A stretch of 63,914 nt of DNA, the filler included, from Gonapodya sp. JEL0774 (taxonomy: Eukaryota), in the NCBI GenBank assembly GCA_027604505.1. It is 53 parts of 53 records of this genome, joined end to end, with 100 filler letters (N's around TTAATTAATTAA, not from the genome) between each part and the next. Parts side by side here need not be neighbours in the genome. Positions count along the whole stretch, not along the records: positions 24,278 to 25,387 come from JADIIX010003865.1; positions 25,488 to 26,597 come from JADIIX010003866.1; positions 26,698 to 27,807 come from JADIIX010003867.1; positions 27,908 to 29,017 come from JADIIX010003868.1; positions 29,118 to 30,226 come from JADIIX010003869.1; positions 30,327 to 31,434 come from JADIIX010003870.1; positions 31,535 to 32,642 come from JADIIX010003871.1; positions 32,743 to 33,850 come from JADIIX010003872.1; 45 more parts are not named here. The stretch is one strand, 5' to 3'. Of this stretch, positions 24,278 to 36,363 are shown one piece after another. The notes under the pieces were generated by a model that was not told the origin of the DNA, ran no database searches, and saw only the letters and a program-made list of their open reading frames with translations. Both the position numbers and the translations under genes were made by a program. The first letter of the stretch is position 1. Each line of letters starts with the position of its first letter.

Positions 24278-25245
24278 GGTATCAGAGTGTCCGTCTCAGC
24301 AACAGAGATGCAGAGATTTAGCGGACCAAGCTCCGTCAAATTGGGGAGTATTGTTGGTATTCTCAAAACTGTCGATCGCTCCATTGGCGACGTTAGAGGG
24401 ATCTTCTGCCCCGCCAAGTTCCACATTATCAGACACCTCATCGCCTCTCTCTGTTCCAGCGATACAGAATCCCAGTGCCCAGCTTCGTTGCCCTCACGAT
24501 CAAATGGGTTCAGTTCGTGCCAGGACCCCTGCAAGGCCACGACGGATGGGAATCGGGTGAACACTTGTTGGAGCAGCCGGCGGCGTTCACGCTTCACATC
24601 GTCAGTAGACGACGACTGCTGTATGCCGAATGCGAAATTAATTTTGGTGACAGAGTGAAGAGCGAAATCGAGAGGAAGCTCTTGGAGACGATCCACAGTC
24701 TCCGGGTCTCCGATGGTGAAGAATGGGACTTGGAGAGCTCGGACGAAGTCCAAGACAGGAGTCAGAAACAACCCTTTACCCGCGAGTTTTTTGGCACTAT
24801 TTTGACAATAGACCTCCCTAACCCCGATGGAATCCCTCAACCGGTCCGGTGCAAACGCTGACATGGCAGATTCACCCCGGCATGCGTTCAACAGCGCCAA
24901 CTCAACCTGCCGGCTCAGTCCGTCCACCGAGTCAGCTCCAATAGAAACACGTAGCTGCACAGACAGTACAGTCCAGACAATGGCCCCGTCAGCCCTGCGG
25001 AGCGGAAGAAACTGCTCCCAAACCTCCTCGGAGGATCGCTCCAACTTCGTCCCCATCCGATCCTGCGTAGCTGTCACGATGACTAGATCGCACGCCAAAC
25101 CGATCGCGTTCCCTGGGCATCCTGGTATGGCTCCTTGCGATGCGGAGCGGATTCGGCGGGAGAGGCGGGGGATGATGGAGTAGAAGGTCTTGGGGGGCAG
25201 GAAGCGGAAAACACGGTGGAGGGTTTCGAAGGGCAGCGAGTTCAT
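24278..25245 (-). CDS. Intronless F-box-like/LRR-like protein, paralogue A (3' truncated)
   Basis: MNSLPFETLHRVFRFLPPKTFYSIIPRLSRRIR is F-box-like; later RFPSVVAL and ILPNLTELG. Confidence 0.75.
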
Positions 25246-25606
25246 TCCAGCCAGAGGGTGTGAGATGCCGTAAACACGTAACGCTTGCCAAATGTTTCTG
25301 GTGAAATAGGGTACTTGCATGCAGACACATACGCCAAGGCCACAACAGTCATTGGTTTGGTCACAGCAAAACCGCCCAACCTGGAAGNNNNNNNNNNNNN
25401 NNNNNNNNNNNNNNNNNNNNNNNNNNNNNNNTTAATTAATTAANNNNNNNNNNNNNNNNNNNNNNNNNNNNNNNNNNNNNNNNNNNNTGGAGCGAGGCCA
25501 GAAGTAGCGGAGGAGAAGACACCATTCGACCATATCCTCTACATACATACAGGATTCGCACCGCGATTGGGAGGGTTTTAGGGAACGCAGATATGTCGCG
25601 AGAACC

Positions 25607-26597
25607 CTATCCTTGCGCAACGAAACACTCACCGCTTTCCTCTGCCATTTTGCTCTCAAATATTGACCACACATACAACCAGGCCTGTTGCATCCACTTT
25701 TCCTCCTTATCCAGTCCGAGCGTTTCTACGACCTTTGTGATTTTGTTTATTCCAACGAATGGCGTGTGTTCCAACAGGAGCTGTCCTAACTTGAAATCGT
25801 CTCCCCGCAGACCACCGTTGTGGCCAGGAAGAGCGGTTGGGATCGAAAGGTCGGCGTTGAGCGTGTCGGGGTACAGGTTCCTAAGGCAGCTGAGGATAGG
25901 GAACACGAGATCGGGTCTGTGGGCCATGACGAACAATGGAAACATAGAAGGATTACTGGTCCTATCCAGGAAAGCAAACGAGCCCTTGCGACATGGAGAA
26001 CACCAAAGTTCACCTGTCCTTGTCCCACGCAATGGCACACGCTTGCTGGAGTTGCCACCGACTAATTGGAGGTCTCGTTCGTCCTTGGGAGTCCGTAAGA
26101 GACGCATTCCGTATTCTCAGTAGTGCCATTATAGTGCTCTCGGTCAGAAGCCGCGGATGGTATTTGAGAGCAAACAGAACCGGGTGCCAAACGTTGGGCA
26201 ATTCCACGAAATGGTCCTCAGTGCGAAACGCGGTACCCAGGAACGCAGCGGTGCCAGCAATCCACCACTCAAGCCAGATTGTGTCCGGTGATGAAGTGCG
26301 GAGAGTATCTATGAAATCGCCGTCCTCTCCTGAGAACACCATTGCTCCTGCATCCACCAGAGAGATCGTGTGCTTGTGGCGGGGAGGGCCATCCCTTCTT
26401 GGTCCAGGGCCTGTTTCCCCCATTTTTTGGAATCCGTACGCGCCACGGTCCAACGTTCGGCAGATCAAGGTCTCGTAGAAAGTGTCCCGCGCAGCACAGA
26501 AGCCCCATTTCGAAAGCTGTCCTTCACCCCAGGAGCGTCTGGTTTCCGCAGGCGGCTCATTTGTGATAAAGATGATAGGGGAAGCGTTCCCACGGCG
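25607..26597 (-). CDS. Hypothetical protein in two overlapping frames (26597-26010 and 26107-25607)
   Basis: Two long open frames of ordinary composition; junction (intron or frameshift) not resolved. Confidence 0.35.
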
Positions 26598-26697
26598 NNN
26601 NNNNNNNNNNNNNNNNNNNNNNNNNNNNNNNNNNNNNNNNNTTAATTAATTAANNNNNNNNNNNNNNNNNNNNNNNNNNNNNNNNNNNNNNNNNNNN

Positions 26698-27430
26698 GCC
26701 ACCACCTTGCCCTCGTTGACACAGCTCGTGACCATGTCCACCACCACGTAGTCGTCGTCCCAGCGGTCTGGGTCGTCGTGGTCTTCGTTGTTGTCCTCGT
26801 GCGGGGTTGTTGGTGGAGCGGGGGGAGTGGGATGGGTATGGGTGAGGGAGGCCGAAGGGGAAGAGGGCCACGCCATGGCGGCGGCGAGGAGCGGGTGGGT
26901 CGTCGGTGTGGTGTCGGTGGAACCGAGGGATGTAAAATGTTCGAGCTTGATGGCGGTGGAGGGGTCGGGGTCGGGGTCGGGTTTGATATTGGCCACGGTA
27001 CCGGTGGAGATGGATGGGACGTGGTTGGTGGGCCGGCCGGGGTCGGACTCGGGAGGTGGGTTTCGTGCCGGTGATGGGGCCGGCAATGGTGCCGGGGCAG
27101 ATGCCGAGGAGGGGGATGCGGGGTGAGATGTGGACCTGGGGGACGGGGCAGATGGCGCTGGACCGGTCGATGCACCGACAGAGGGTGGGTGTGGTTGAGA
27201 CGTGACCGGTGGTGTGGTGGTGGTGGTGGTGGTGTCACCACCCTCGCCTGTGGACGCAGTCGGGGTCACGGTCAATATGGTCGTCGTGGTTGTGATTGTG
27301 GTGGGTGCCGTGGTTGTGGATGTGGATGTGGATGTGGTTCCCTCGACCGCGGCGTCGGCGTACTTTGCACAGAGTTCTGCAGCGGCCTTTGTGATGTTGC
27401 GGATGCGGCATCTAGTGGTTGGTGGTGGTG
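26698..27430 (-). CDS. Hypothetical Thr/Pro-rich protein exon
   Basis: Open frame CRIRNITKAAAELCAKY...low complexity...DDYVVVDMVTSCVNEGKVV. Confidence 0.4.
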
Positions 27431-27907
27431 GTATGTGGGTTGGTGTGGGTGAGATGGGGATAGAGTGAAACTTGTTAGGAATTTTCCAATTGACCAACTT
27501 GATGATCGGCCTTAGCCATCCCCCCACCCGCACCCGAATGCAGAGGGCGGAAAGGGGCAATGGACCGGGGCAACGATGCAATGGGCAGCAGAGCAAAAGC
27601 AACCGAGCACGAGTGCGTGTAAACGGTGGTGCGTACACACGGTCGGCCGTGGACACACACGCAGACACAGGCACGGACATCCCAAACACCCTCTGCCACC
27701 TGGACTCTATTAATTTTCCACAGGGGGTGATTACCTTGTGACACTGCCGTAGAGAGTGTTCCTGGCGACAAAGCTTGAGAGATCCCTGGCAGCCAAAGGT
27801 CTCTCGTNNNNNNNNNNNNNNNNNNNNNNNNNNNNNNNNNNNNNNNNNNNNTTAATTAATTAANNNNNNNNNNNNNNNNNNNNNNNNNNNNNNNNNNNNN
27901 NNNNNNN

Positions 27908-29017
27908 GAGAATCGCTCTAGCAAAGAGGAGTAATGTGCAGGTCGATTTTGCGGAAAGTTTGGTGAGGGAGAGGTAGGTTTTGACGCGGGGAGTCACCAT
28001 GAGTGGGGAGAGAGTTTGTGTAAACCATGTCAAAAAAGCGATCGTCGAATTACCCGCCAGGAACAGCATTAAATACGAGCAAGGTAAGTACATTCGCCAT
28101 ACTGTAGATTCTTCCGAGAATATCTGGATCGCAGTTGAAGGACAATGAAATTAGTGCAATAAACGCGAACTTTCATTTACCACGTTTCCCGGTGGCGAAT
28201 TGATGAATTTCGGTACCTTGAGACACTCGTACACGATTCCTCTAGGGAGTCGTGTACCTTGTTCCAGAGATAGACGAAGGCGACTGAAAATTCCGTCGAT
28301 GAGCATTGGTCACTTCTTTGTACTCATGCATCCTTACACGAGCGTCAAATCGTAATTGTCCATTTCCTTGGGGTGCAAAGCTTCCACGATTTCAAGGCGC
28401 TTGACTTCGGAGACTCTCTCGAGGCATAGGAACAGTAGGTTATTTCGCGCCTGATATCGCTTCAAAGGAGAAAACAAGATCACTCCACCACAGTCGTTAG
28501 CAACAAAAAGTGAGTATCACCTTAACAACAGAGAATCTAGCCAGAGGCGATGTGTTCTCGACCGAAAGATCGGGATTGTAGGGATTTGGGTTGTCTGCAC
28601 TCTGTTCTTTCAACGCCCGGCTGAGAAGTCCCACAAGAGATTTCGCGATTTCAGTTGTTACAACACCATTCGAATCTCGACGACTCGATTCAAACTTAAG
28701 GCATCTGCAAAAAAAAAAGATTTAGTGGCGTAGTTCTTCTCAATCCAACTCAATGATCCAATCCTTTCAACCCACTCAAGCCAAATAAGTTGACGTCCCT
28801 GGAAGTCCCCAACCGCATCTAAAGCTTGGGTAAAAGACGTTGAAATTGCACTCGAGGACGTCGAGACATCAGATACCGAGAGGAGTATCAGATAGTTCAA
28901 CCAAAGATGAGCATCAGAACCGAGAGATCCAGGAAGATTCGGAATCTTGAGCCGCAATTCCACAGCACTCCGTGCGTCAGTGATAGGAATACCGAGAAGG
29001 GACCTGTACAGAAAAAG
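27908..29017 (-). CDS. ZFC3H1: ZFC3H1-like (PAXT/MTREC adaptor) C-terminal helical-repeat region
   Basis: Spliced LKIPNLPGSLGSDAHLWLNY...FTQALDAV...QLIWLE, LVGLLSRAL, YQARNNLLFLCL, STVWR.AI follows the motif order I recall for the metazoan ZFC3H1 C-terminus; not verified by search. Confidence 0.5.
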
Positions 29018-29117
29018 NNNNNNNNNNNNNNNNNNNNNNNNNNNNNNNNNNNNNNNNNNNNTTAATTAATTAANNNNNNNNNNNNNNNNNNNNNNNNNNN
29101 NNNNNNNNNNNNNNNNN

Positions 29118-30226
29118 GGTCGTTCCCATTGGTCACCCTGTCCGGGGGGCTTATCCTCAAACCAGCAGTATGTCCCATTCCTTTCCCCCTTGAAAAAGAG
29201 CCGTACGTTCTGCGACCGAACGCGCCAGGCTGGAGAGGTTCGTCATGGGGTGCGCGCAAAGTTTCAGCGTGGTCCCCGCCGACGTCTTCTGGCTTCGCTC
29301 CAAACAAGACCGAGAACTGGCCCGCCAAGTTCATGGCGATAGACTCCAGAAACACTTCGCGAGTCGCCCATATGGTCATGGCAAAAATGATGATTCCCAC
29401 GGAGCCCAAGAAAGGCACAAAAATCTGGCCGATTATAGTCTTTGGTGCAATATCACCAAATCCAATGGTGGTAAAAGTAACGATGCTGCGACATATGTAA
29501 GCTCTACAGTGAAGCATAATCCATGTGGGATGCGTGACGAATACGTACCAGAAGTACACCGCGGAGTCAAAATCCCAGTCCTCTGCGGCTCCAAACACAA
29601 GAGCTGCAACAATAATGTATGCCACAAGCGTCACCTCAATCAAGATCAGCTGCATTCGAACCTCCGACAGACCCAGCCGATCTTTCAAGTGAGCGCCACC
29701 CCATCGGGTTCTTCGGGTAAGAACATCGTACGTTCGGAGCGACGCCACCCAGACAGAAATAAGAAGTGCAGAGAGGGCGTAGTAAAAGCCCTGAGTGAAA
29801 TGCGTCCTCGCAGGAAGTGGGAGAACTTTGGCGAGGAACCAAGTGACCACGATAGCAAGGCTTGACACTGGACGCCAGGAAGGACGGGAGGTGCTCAGTG
29901 AGAGCGAAAACGCAAGCCGATGCAATAAAAGAGCTTACCGTGTATCCATTCGCTGACGATGAGCGTCCACGTCACTGGTTAAGTTTTCCATTCCAACGTG
30001 GTCCATTCAGATTCAAGTCCCAGGGATTCACTTGCGGCGAACGAAACCACTCACTGAGCACCCTCCAAATCTCCAAACATCGAATAAATAAGGCGACGTT
30101 GGTCACTGTCGATGCGATGGTCGCGATAACCAGCAGGGCTTCTATGAAGGGTGGATGGAAGTAAATCACAGACCCTGGGCTGTCCTCGTCCGATGCGCGA
30201 AGCCCGTTGCCATCGGCGCTCAGTTC
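29118..30226 (-). CDS. TOK1: TOK-type two-pore-domain potassium channel (partial)
   Basis: NVALFIRCLE, FTQGFYYALSA, EDWDFDSAVYF/CIVTFTTIGFGDIAPKT pore loop. Confidence 0.88.
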
Positions 30227-30325
30227 NNNNNNNNNNNNNNNNNNNNNNNNNNNNNNNNNNNNNNNNNNNNTTAATTAATTAANNNNNNNNNNNNNNNNNN
30301 NNNNNNNNNNNNNNNNNNNNNNNNN

Positions 30326-31174
30326 NTCCTCGACCCAGCGAGCCACTGGAACCCACGTGACGTTCTTTGAAACGGAGGTTACCCACGTATACGAGAACTT
30401 GTTCGTTGTGACACGGCGACCGTTGAGGGCGCCGGCCTTCGCAAGCAGACTGGCGCCCGTGCACACAGATATCAAGTACTCGAGCTTCGACGTATTTGCG
30501 CGATCTTGAAGGAATGCGATAAGTTCTGGATCGGTGTCGTTGTTGACGATAGATCTTGTCCCCTGGTAAATTAAGAAGAAAGCATTATGCATGTGGCGAT
30601 GGTCAGTTTCTCAAGCTACATCAGCCGCGGCAACTTACCATTCCCCCAGGAACGAAGAGCACGTTCAGAGGTGGTGCTGTCGCGTATGTGTGCGTTGGAA
30701 CGATGCTCTGGCCGACGCCAGAACTCATATCCATCATCATGCCGTTCATCATATGCGATTGAGGGGCTTTGGTAGAAACTCTACAGAAAGTATGGTAGGC
30801 GGTCAACGAGAGCACAACGTCTACTTTGATCGCAAAAGCTCGAGAACCAAGACTAACGGATCCAAAGTGCGAGCGATGATCGAGAGGTTGGTCGAATAAG
30901 TTGTGCTGAGCATCGTGATGAACTCCAGTGGCCCGAAAACATCGAGACCGGCGAAGCCCGGAAACACCACAATGCCGATACTCCGCGTCTTGGTCGCTGT
31001 TGAGTTTCCACCGGATGTGGACATATTCATCGAACTGCTCATCGTGGGCTGCGATGTACTCGAAACAGTGACAGTCGTTGTGGTTGATCCCATGTTGTGA
31101 TCGTGGTCCTGGCCGCTGACGAGCGGCAGCACCGCAAACAAGGCACAGAGAGCGGTGGCTACAATGCGCATCAT
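30326..31174 (-). CDS. Secreted DJ-1/PfpI family protein, isocyanide hydratase-like
   Basis: Signal peptide MMRIVATALCALFAVLPLVSG; FPGFAGLDVFGPLE, VLFVPGG, SVCTGA, TTNK, ARWVE; two introns. Confidence 0.9.
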
Positions 31175-31534
31175 CGGTTCAAAAAGTTATTATTGCGTGT
31201 GAATCGCGAATCGATGGCGGATAATGGGAACGAGGGCTTTTGAGAAGAAAATGACACGTTTTTTCCGCGAACTCGCAATTGATTGGATGTCTCTCCGGAA
31301 CATTAGACTGTTTGCACATTTTGTCCCGACAATCCAGAATTTCTGATCACGAACACCGCTGTTATATAAAACATGGTGGAGAGAAAGCAAGACCTGGCTT
31401 CCCAGGTGCGTCCTTGCGGAAAAATTCCCAGGTCNNNNNNNNNNNNNNNNNNNNNNNNNNNNNNNNNNNNNNNNNNNNTTAATTAATTAANNNNNNNNNN
31501 NNNNNNNNNNNNNNNNNNNNNNNNNNNNNNNNNN

Positions 31535-32524
31535 GAGGACACCGAGGCTGCCTCAGAACAGCTTCTGAAAACGTACGAGACGGCAAAGGGCCTGGTAAAA
31601 GACAAAGTGGAATTAGCCGACAGGACTCTCTCGTTGGTAAGTAGGGGTGACATTAAATGTTGATGGTGTTCCTGCATTGCTCACTCGTTTCTCGTTTGAA
31701 TCGGAATCCAATTTTCACCCTTCAACGAAGCTTGAAACCCATCTTCGTCGCTTAGACACCGAGCTCTATCGATACCAAAATGAGGACGGTCAAGCGGTTG
31801 GACACACGCTTGCGATTATTGCGCAGTCTGGAAATGCGCCTGCCGTACTACCTGTACCTGTTTTGTTGGCACCACACGTTTCAGACGGCGAGAGTCAGGC
31901 AGATCCTGAAGAGGGCGGTGTATATAACCCGAGGTATAGAGAGGAAAGAAACTACAAAAGTTGGTTGTTTTTCGTGTCATGCATCAGGTGTGTTTCTAAC
32001 ATGACGGATCACGGCATCGGACTCGTCCCTCCTAGAAAAACGAGCTTCGGGAACTCGTACTTCAGCTCGAAAGAAACGGAAGCGCGATTATGACGAGTGA
32101 GTGTGGGTTGCCATAAACTTGCTGCATCATAATCTAATGTGATCCGTTCTCCAGGTCGGACGAAGACTTTGAGGACGAAGCGTCCGAGAACGGCAGCATC
32201 CAGGCGGTCGAAGATGTGAGCGAAAGTGAGCAGCTATATTGCACATGCAGGAAAGTGTCGTACGGGGAGATGATTGGTTGTGATTCGGGGGTAAGTTTCG
32301 TTGTTCGTGGCTGGGACTATCTTTACAAACACTCAGAGCCCCATCCCTCTTCCCTCTCTCATTTTGACATCCCTCATCGTTTAACGTGCAATCAGAACTG
32401 CCCTATAGAGTGGTTTCATTATGAGTGTGTTGGCCTCACTGCTCCGCCGCATGGCAAGTGGTACTGTCCCGATTGCTCGAAAAAGTTGGGTCTTGACGAC
32501 CTGAAAAAGAAATCGAGACGGTAG
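31535..32524 (+). CDS. ING-family PHD finger protein (Yng2/Pho23/ING4-5-like), C-terminal part
   Basis: DKVELADRT...HLRRLDTEL coiled coil; YCTCRKVSYGEMIGCD/NCPIEWFHYECVGL...GKWYCPDC. Confidence 0.93.
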
Positions 32525-32742
32525 AGGTGACCTTTTGAGCGATGGAGGTGGTTGTAAATATTTTGCCGTTCATGTTGTCGCGGTGGGCCACTTTATTTTG
32601 ATTTCATGATGTAATTGGAAGGAAATCTATTTTCCCTCGTAGNNNNNNNNNNNNNNNNNNNNNNNNNNNNNNNNNNNNNNNNNNNNTTAATTAATTAANN
32701 NNNNNNNNNNNNNNNNNNNNNNNNNNNNNNNNNNNNNNNNNN

Positions 32743-33850
32743 ATCGGGTATTCCGGTATCTGCCTCCTCCGACATTCTACGGGGTTGTTCCCCGTGTTTC
32801 CCAAAGGTTTCGGGACATGAGCTTCGGCGCCATCCCGGGATGCCCAGGGCGAACAGTGACTATCAACTGCGATATCATTGTTGGCAATGCTGACCCAAGA
32901 CCTCTGGAGCCCCATGATTTCAAGCGATTTGTCCACGGATTCGCCCAAGTGGATCAGAAGGGAAGAAATTATTGGACAGCGATCACCACCTCAATCCAGT
33001 TGACGACAGATATAGTGGCTGATACGGTGTTGGAGCGATTGGAAGCGCTTATCTTGGACTTAGTAAGCACCGCGGGAGTCGACTTCGGGATACGCCTGCC
33101 TGAGCGAAGCTTGTTGAATCTCGCCGTGGCAAAGATAGAATCGGATATTGGGACTACAAAACCTTGCACTGATATAGACATCATTGCTCTTGAAAGAATC
33201 TTGCAGTTTGCGAACTGTTCCGGGGTCCGGTCGTACAAATGGTGTGGTGACGTTCAAACGTTGGATCACCTAAAGCCGAGCATGACTGCCAATGCCGTTA
33301 CTTCGTTGACCATGTCGATTAACCATGGTAGCCAATGGTGTCAAGACGTGGTCACGATTCTGGAAAGATTCCCTTCAGCGCATATCCTCACTGGTGGGGT
33401 CTTCCACCCCACGACGCATCCCCGACGGACGAAAGTTGATGGAACTCTCCACAAACCACCCAAGGCAATGTTGGAAACAGTGACTTCTCTCCGCGTCGAT
33501 GGAGACAGTCATCTCATCCTGGCACCATTGATTTATCCAAATCTGCGTGAATTGGGGATCATCCATCTGAACAGCCGTTTCGATCTGGCTGACGAAGCTC
33601 CGTTGGCCGGCCTCACCTTTCCTACCTTGCAGAGTGTTCATTTGTACTTTCATGGCTCACAGCTGAACATGAACTCTCTTTCGCTGTCTGGTGCAAATTT
33701 GCGTATTCTCGAAGCTCTTGTGAGATCGACGCCAAACTTGACGAAAATCACTGTGAAGTTTTCTGCCAGCGACGACGCTACTCTTTCCATGGTCGGGACA
33801 TTCTTTGGCCACCTTTTGCGTGTCGTTTCTTCGGGATGCACCATTCACTT
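32743..33850 (+). CDS. Intronless F-box-like/LRR-like protein, paralogue B (both ends truncated)
   Basis: RVFRYLPPPTFYGVVPRVSQRFRDMSFGAIPGCPG; ERFPSAHIL, IYPNLRELG, FPTLQSVHL, TPNLTKITV. Confidence 0.75.
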
Positions 33851-33950
33851 NNNNNNNNNNNNNNNNNNNNNNNNNNNNNNNNNNNNNNNNNNNNTTAATT
33901 AATTAANNNNNNNNNNNNNNNNNNNNNNNNNNNNNNNNNNNNNNNNNNNN

Positions 33951-34674
33951 GTGGTGGTGGTGGTGGAGTTGGTGGAGGAGGTGGAGGCGGAGCTGTTTTG
34001 AAGAAACGCACAACACCAAAGTCCAGCGAGAGCTTGCAAAGATCATTTAGCGCAAGAAACTTACGCGGTGCTGTGGTAGATGTTGTTCTTGCTGTCGTCT
34101 GCGTCGTAGTCGTGATTGCGCGAGTGGTCGTTGGGTTGGTCGTAACCTCCGCGATTGTCTCTATGGCCCCTTGATTGGCAGCAACAGCAATGGTAGCGAC
34201 TGCAGTTTGTGGTTGCGGGTTGCTTGGAGGCGCGATAGCACTCTGAGTCACATCCTGAGTGCCAACAATCGCCTGGTTCCTCCTCGACAGGGGGATTCCC
34301 GTCGCCAGCCCAACAATGAGAACCAAAATCACGACAGCTCCGATTCCGAGCAGCTTTTTTCGGTTTTCTGGCACCTTGATTCCTGCCAAGACTCCCGTGT
34401 TCCTGCTTACGAACTCTCCCGACACCGACGAGACTCTCCCAAAGAACGAGGGCGCACGACCCGGCCATGCCGCCTTGGGATCGATGAGGGAGGGCGCGAA
34501 TCGGCGCGTTGGCGACACGTTGGGTTGTCCGGGTGGCTTCTCCAGCTGCGCGATCGAAACAGCTGTCACCGAACCGGCAATATCCCGCAGCGCTCCGCCA
34601 GTTATGATAGATGAGTCCCCAAAGACATTGCGAGTCGGATCGCCCCACGGTCGCACGCTTGCAGAAGCCTCCAT
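33951..34674 (-). CDS. Single-pass type II-like membrane protein with Thr/Pro-rich stalk (partial)
   Basis: RKK followed by TM LLGIGAVVILVLIVGLATGIPL, then Thr-rich and Pro-rich tracts. Confidence 0.6.
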
Positions 34675-35157
34675 TGTCGGATCGAGCTTTTTTGCACAAG
34701 AGCTTTTGTATGTGGGGCGTGTTCCAGTCGGAGAAAGGATAGCTGGAGGAGCCCCCAGGGACCGGAGAATTTTGAGCGACGCACGCCACGTTCGTTCGAT
34801 TGCTTGAACCCGGCTACTTGGTCCATTGTAAGGGTTCGCTTATGCAAAGTTATAGTATTATGAATGTCTGTAAAGTATGGGGTAGGTTTCCGAAATAGAT
34901 CGGGGGATGTGGCGATGCGGACTGGCCGTCTGTATTGGGAACGCCAATGTCGCTTCGCGTTGCGAATTTAAAAGCATAATCACGTTAGTTTCCCGCGATC
35001 AGCGTGTACGATAACCGATCTACGTGTATTCCTCAATAAATATTGTTCTTCATACAANNNNNNNNNNNNNNNNNNNNNNNNNNNNNNNNNNNNNNNNNNN
35101 NTTAATTAATTAANNNNNNNNNNNNNNNNNNNNNNNNNNNNNNNNNNNNNNNNNNNN

Positions 35158-36263
35158 GCCATTATTTGGGGCTGTGAATACTTCCGGCATTTCTTGCTTG
35201 GAGTGCCGTTTGAGCTTCAAACTGATCACGAAGCATTGCGATTGATCAAGTCGCCTACGGCGGTGGGCAAGATTGTCCGATGGGCTATTCGATTATCTGA
35301 ATATGATATTCGTCCGTCTTACAAAAAGGGAAAGCTGCATACTAATGTGGATGCGATCTCCCGTGTTCTGCCCGATGATGACCGAGAACCGATGGACTTG
35401 GACACGTCAGTCCCAACGTACGGTGATGTTTCCCGACCCGAATTACCTGACGAAGCTGTGGGCCGCAAATCGGAAACTCGTTTTGTCTTGCGCCCTTCCG
35501 GCGTTCGGACGTTTGCAGGTGTTGACGAGAGTGATGCTGAAATGGCCGAGGGTGACGCTGTGCCAGAGGCTGGTGCACCTGGTGCCTTCTCCGCTCACTC
35601 CTTTGCAGAGGCGCGCTACCGGGAGAGCTGGGCCAAAGCTCAGTATGCAGATTACGATTTGCACTCGGTAATAAACGTTTTGCAGAATCGTGTTCCGGAA
35701 GGGGAAGCTGATTCGCGGCAATACGTTGAGGCTGCACGGGTAGCAAGGGGGTTCACGTTGTATAATGGGTTGCTTTATCGTTTAGTACCGGAAGCGCCTC
35801 AACGCCATACTGTGGGGGAAGACGCTGACGTGACGCTACCGGTTCACGGACCGTATGCGATGGTGCGCGGCCCTTTAGTTGTACCATACGCTCGGCGTGA
35901 GGAGCTTTTACGCATGTTCCATGATCAGCCCATGGCCGCTCATGCTGGTATGACGCATATGATCCGTTTATTGCGAGGTCAATATTATTGGTCTAACTGG
36001 GTACGCGATGTACGCCAGTACGTTGGGAGTTGTATATCGTGTCAGAGTCGGAAACCTCCACAACCGATGCGACAGGGTTTGTTGCACCCGTTCGACTTTT
36101 CGGCTGCACAACCGTTTGACGATGTCTGTGCCGATCATTGTGGGCCTTTCCCGGCTACACCCGAAGGTTATCAGTATATTCTGGTACTGGTTGATTTATT
36201 TACACGTTGGACGGAAGCAATTCCTGTCCCCGACGTCTCGGCAATTACTACAGCCAAAGCAGT
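35158..36263 (+). mobile_element. Ty3/gypsy pol fragment: RNase H end, integrase HHCC finger and start of catalytic core; frame intact
   Basis: TDHEAL, RWAIRLSEYD, DAISR; H..PMAAHAG...YYW...CISCQ; ADHCGPFP, VDLFTRW. Confidence 0.95.
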
Positions 36264-36363
36264 NNNNNNNNNNNNNNNNNNNNNNNNNNNNNNNNNNNNN
36301 NNNNNNNTTAATTAATTAANNNNNNNNNNNNNNNNNNNNNNNNNNNNNNNNNNNNNNNNNNNN

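Noticed and set aside
26698..26760. VVVDMVTSCVNEGKVV as a BRCT C-terminal helix
   Set aside because: Lacks the conserved Trp and is too short to call
29118..33850. Functional gene cluster from adjacent fragments (channel, DJ-1, ING, F-box)
   Set aside because: Adjacency comes from sorting by contig length
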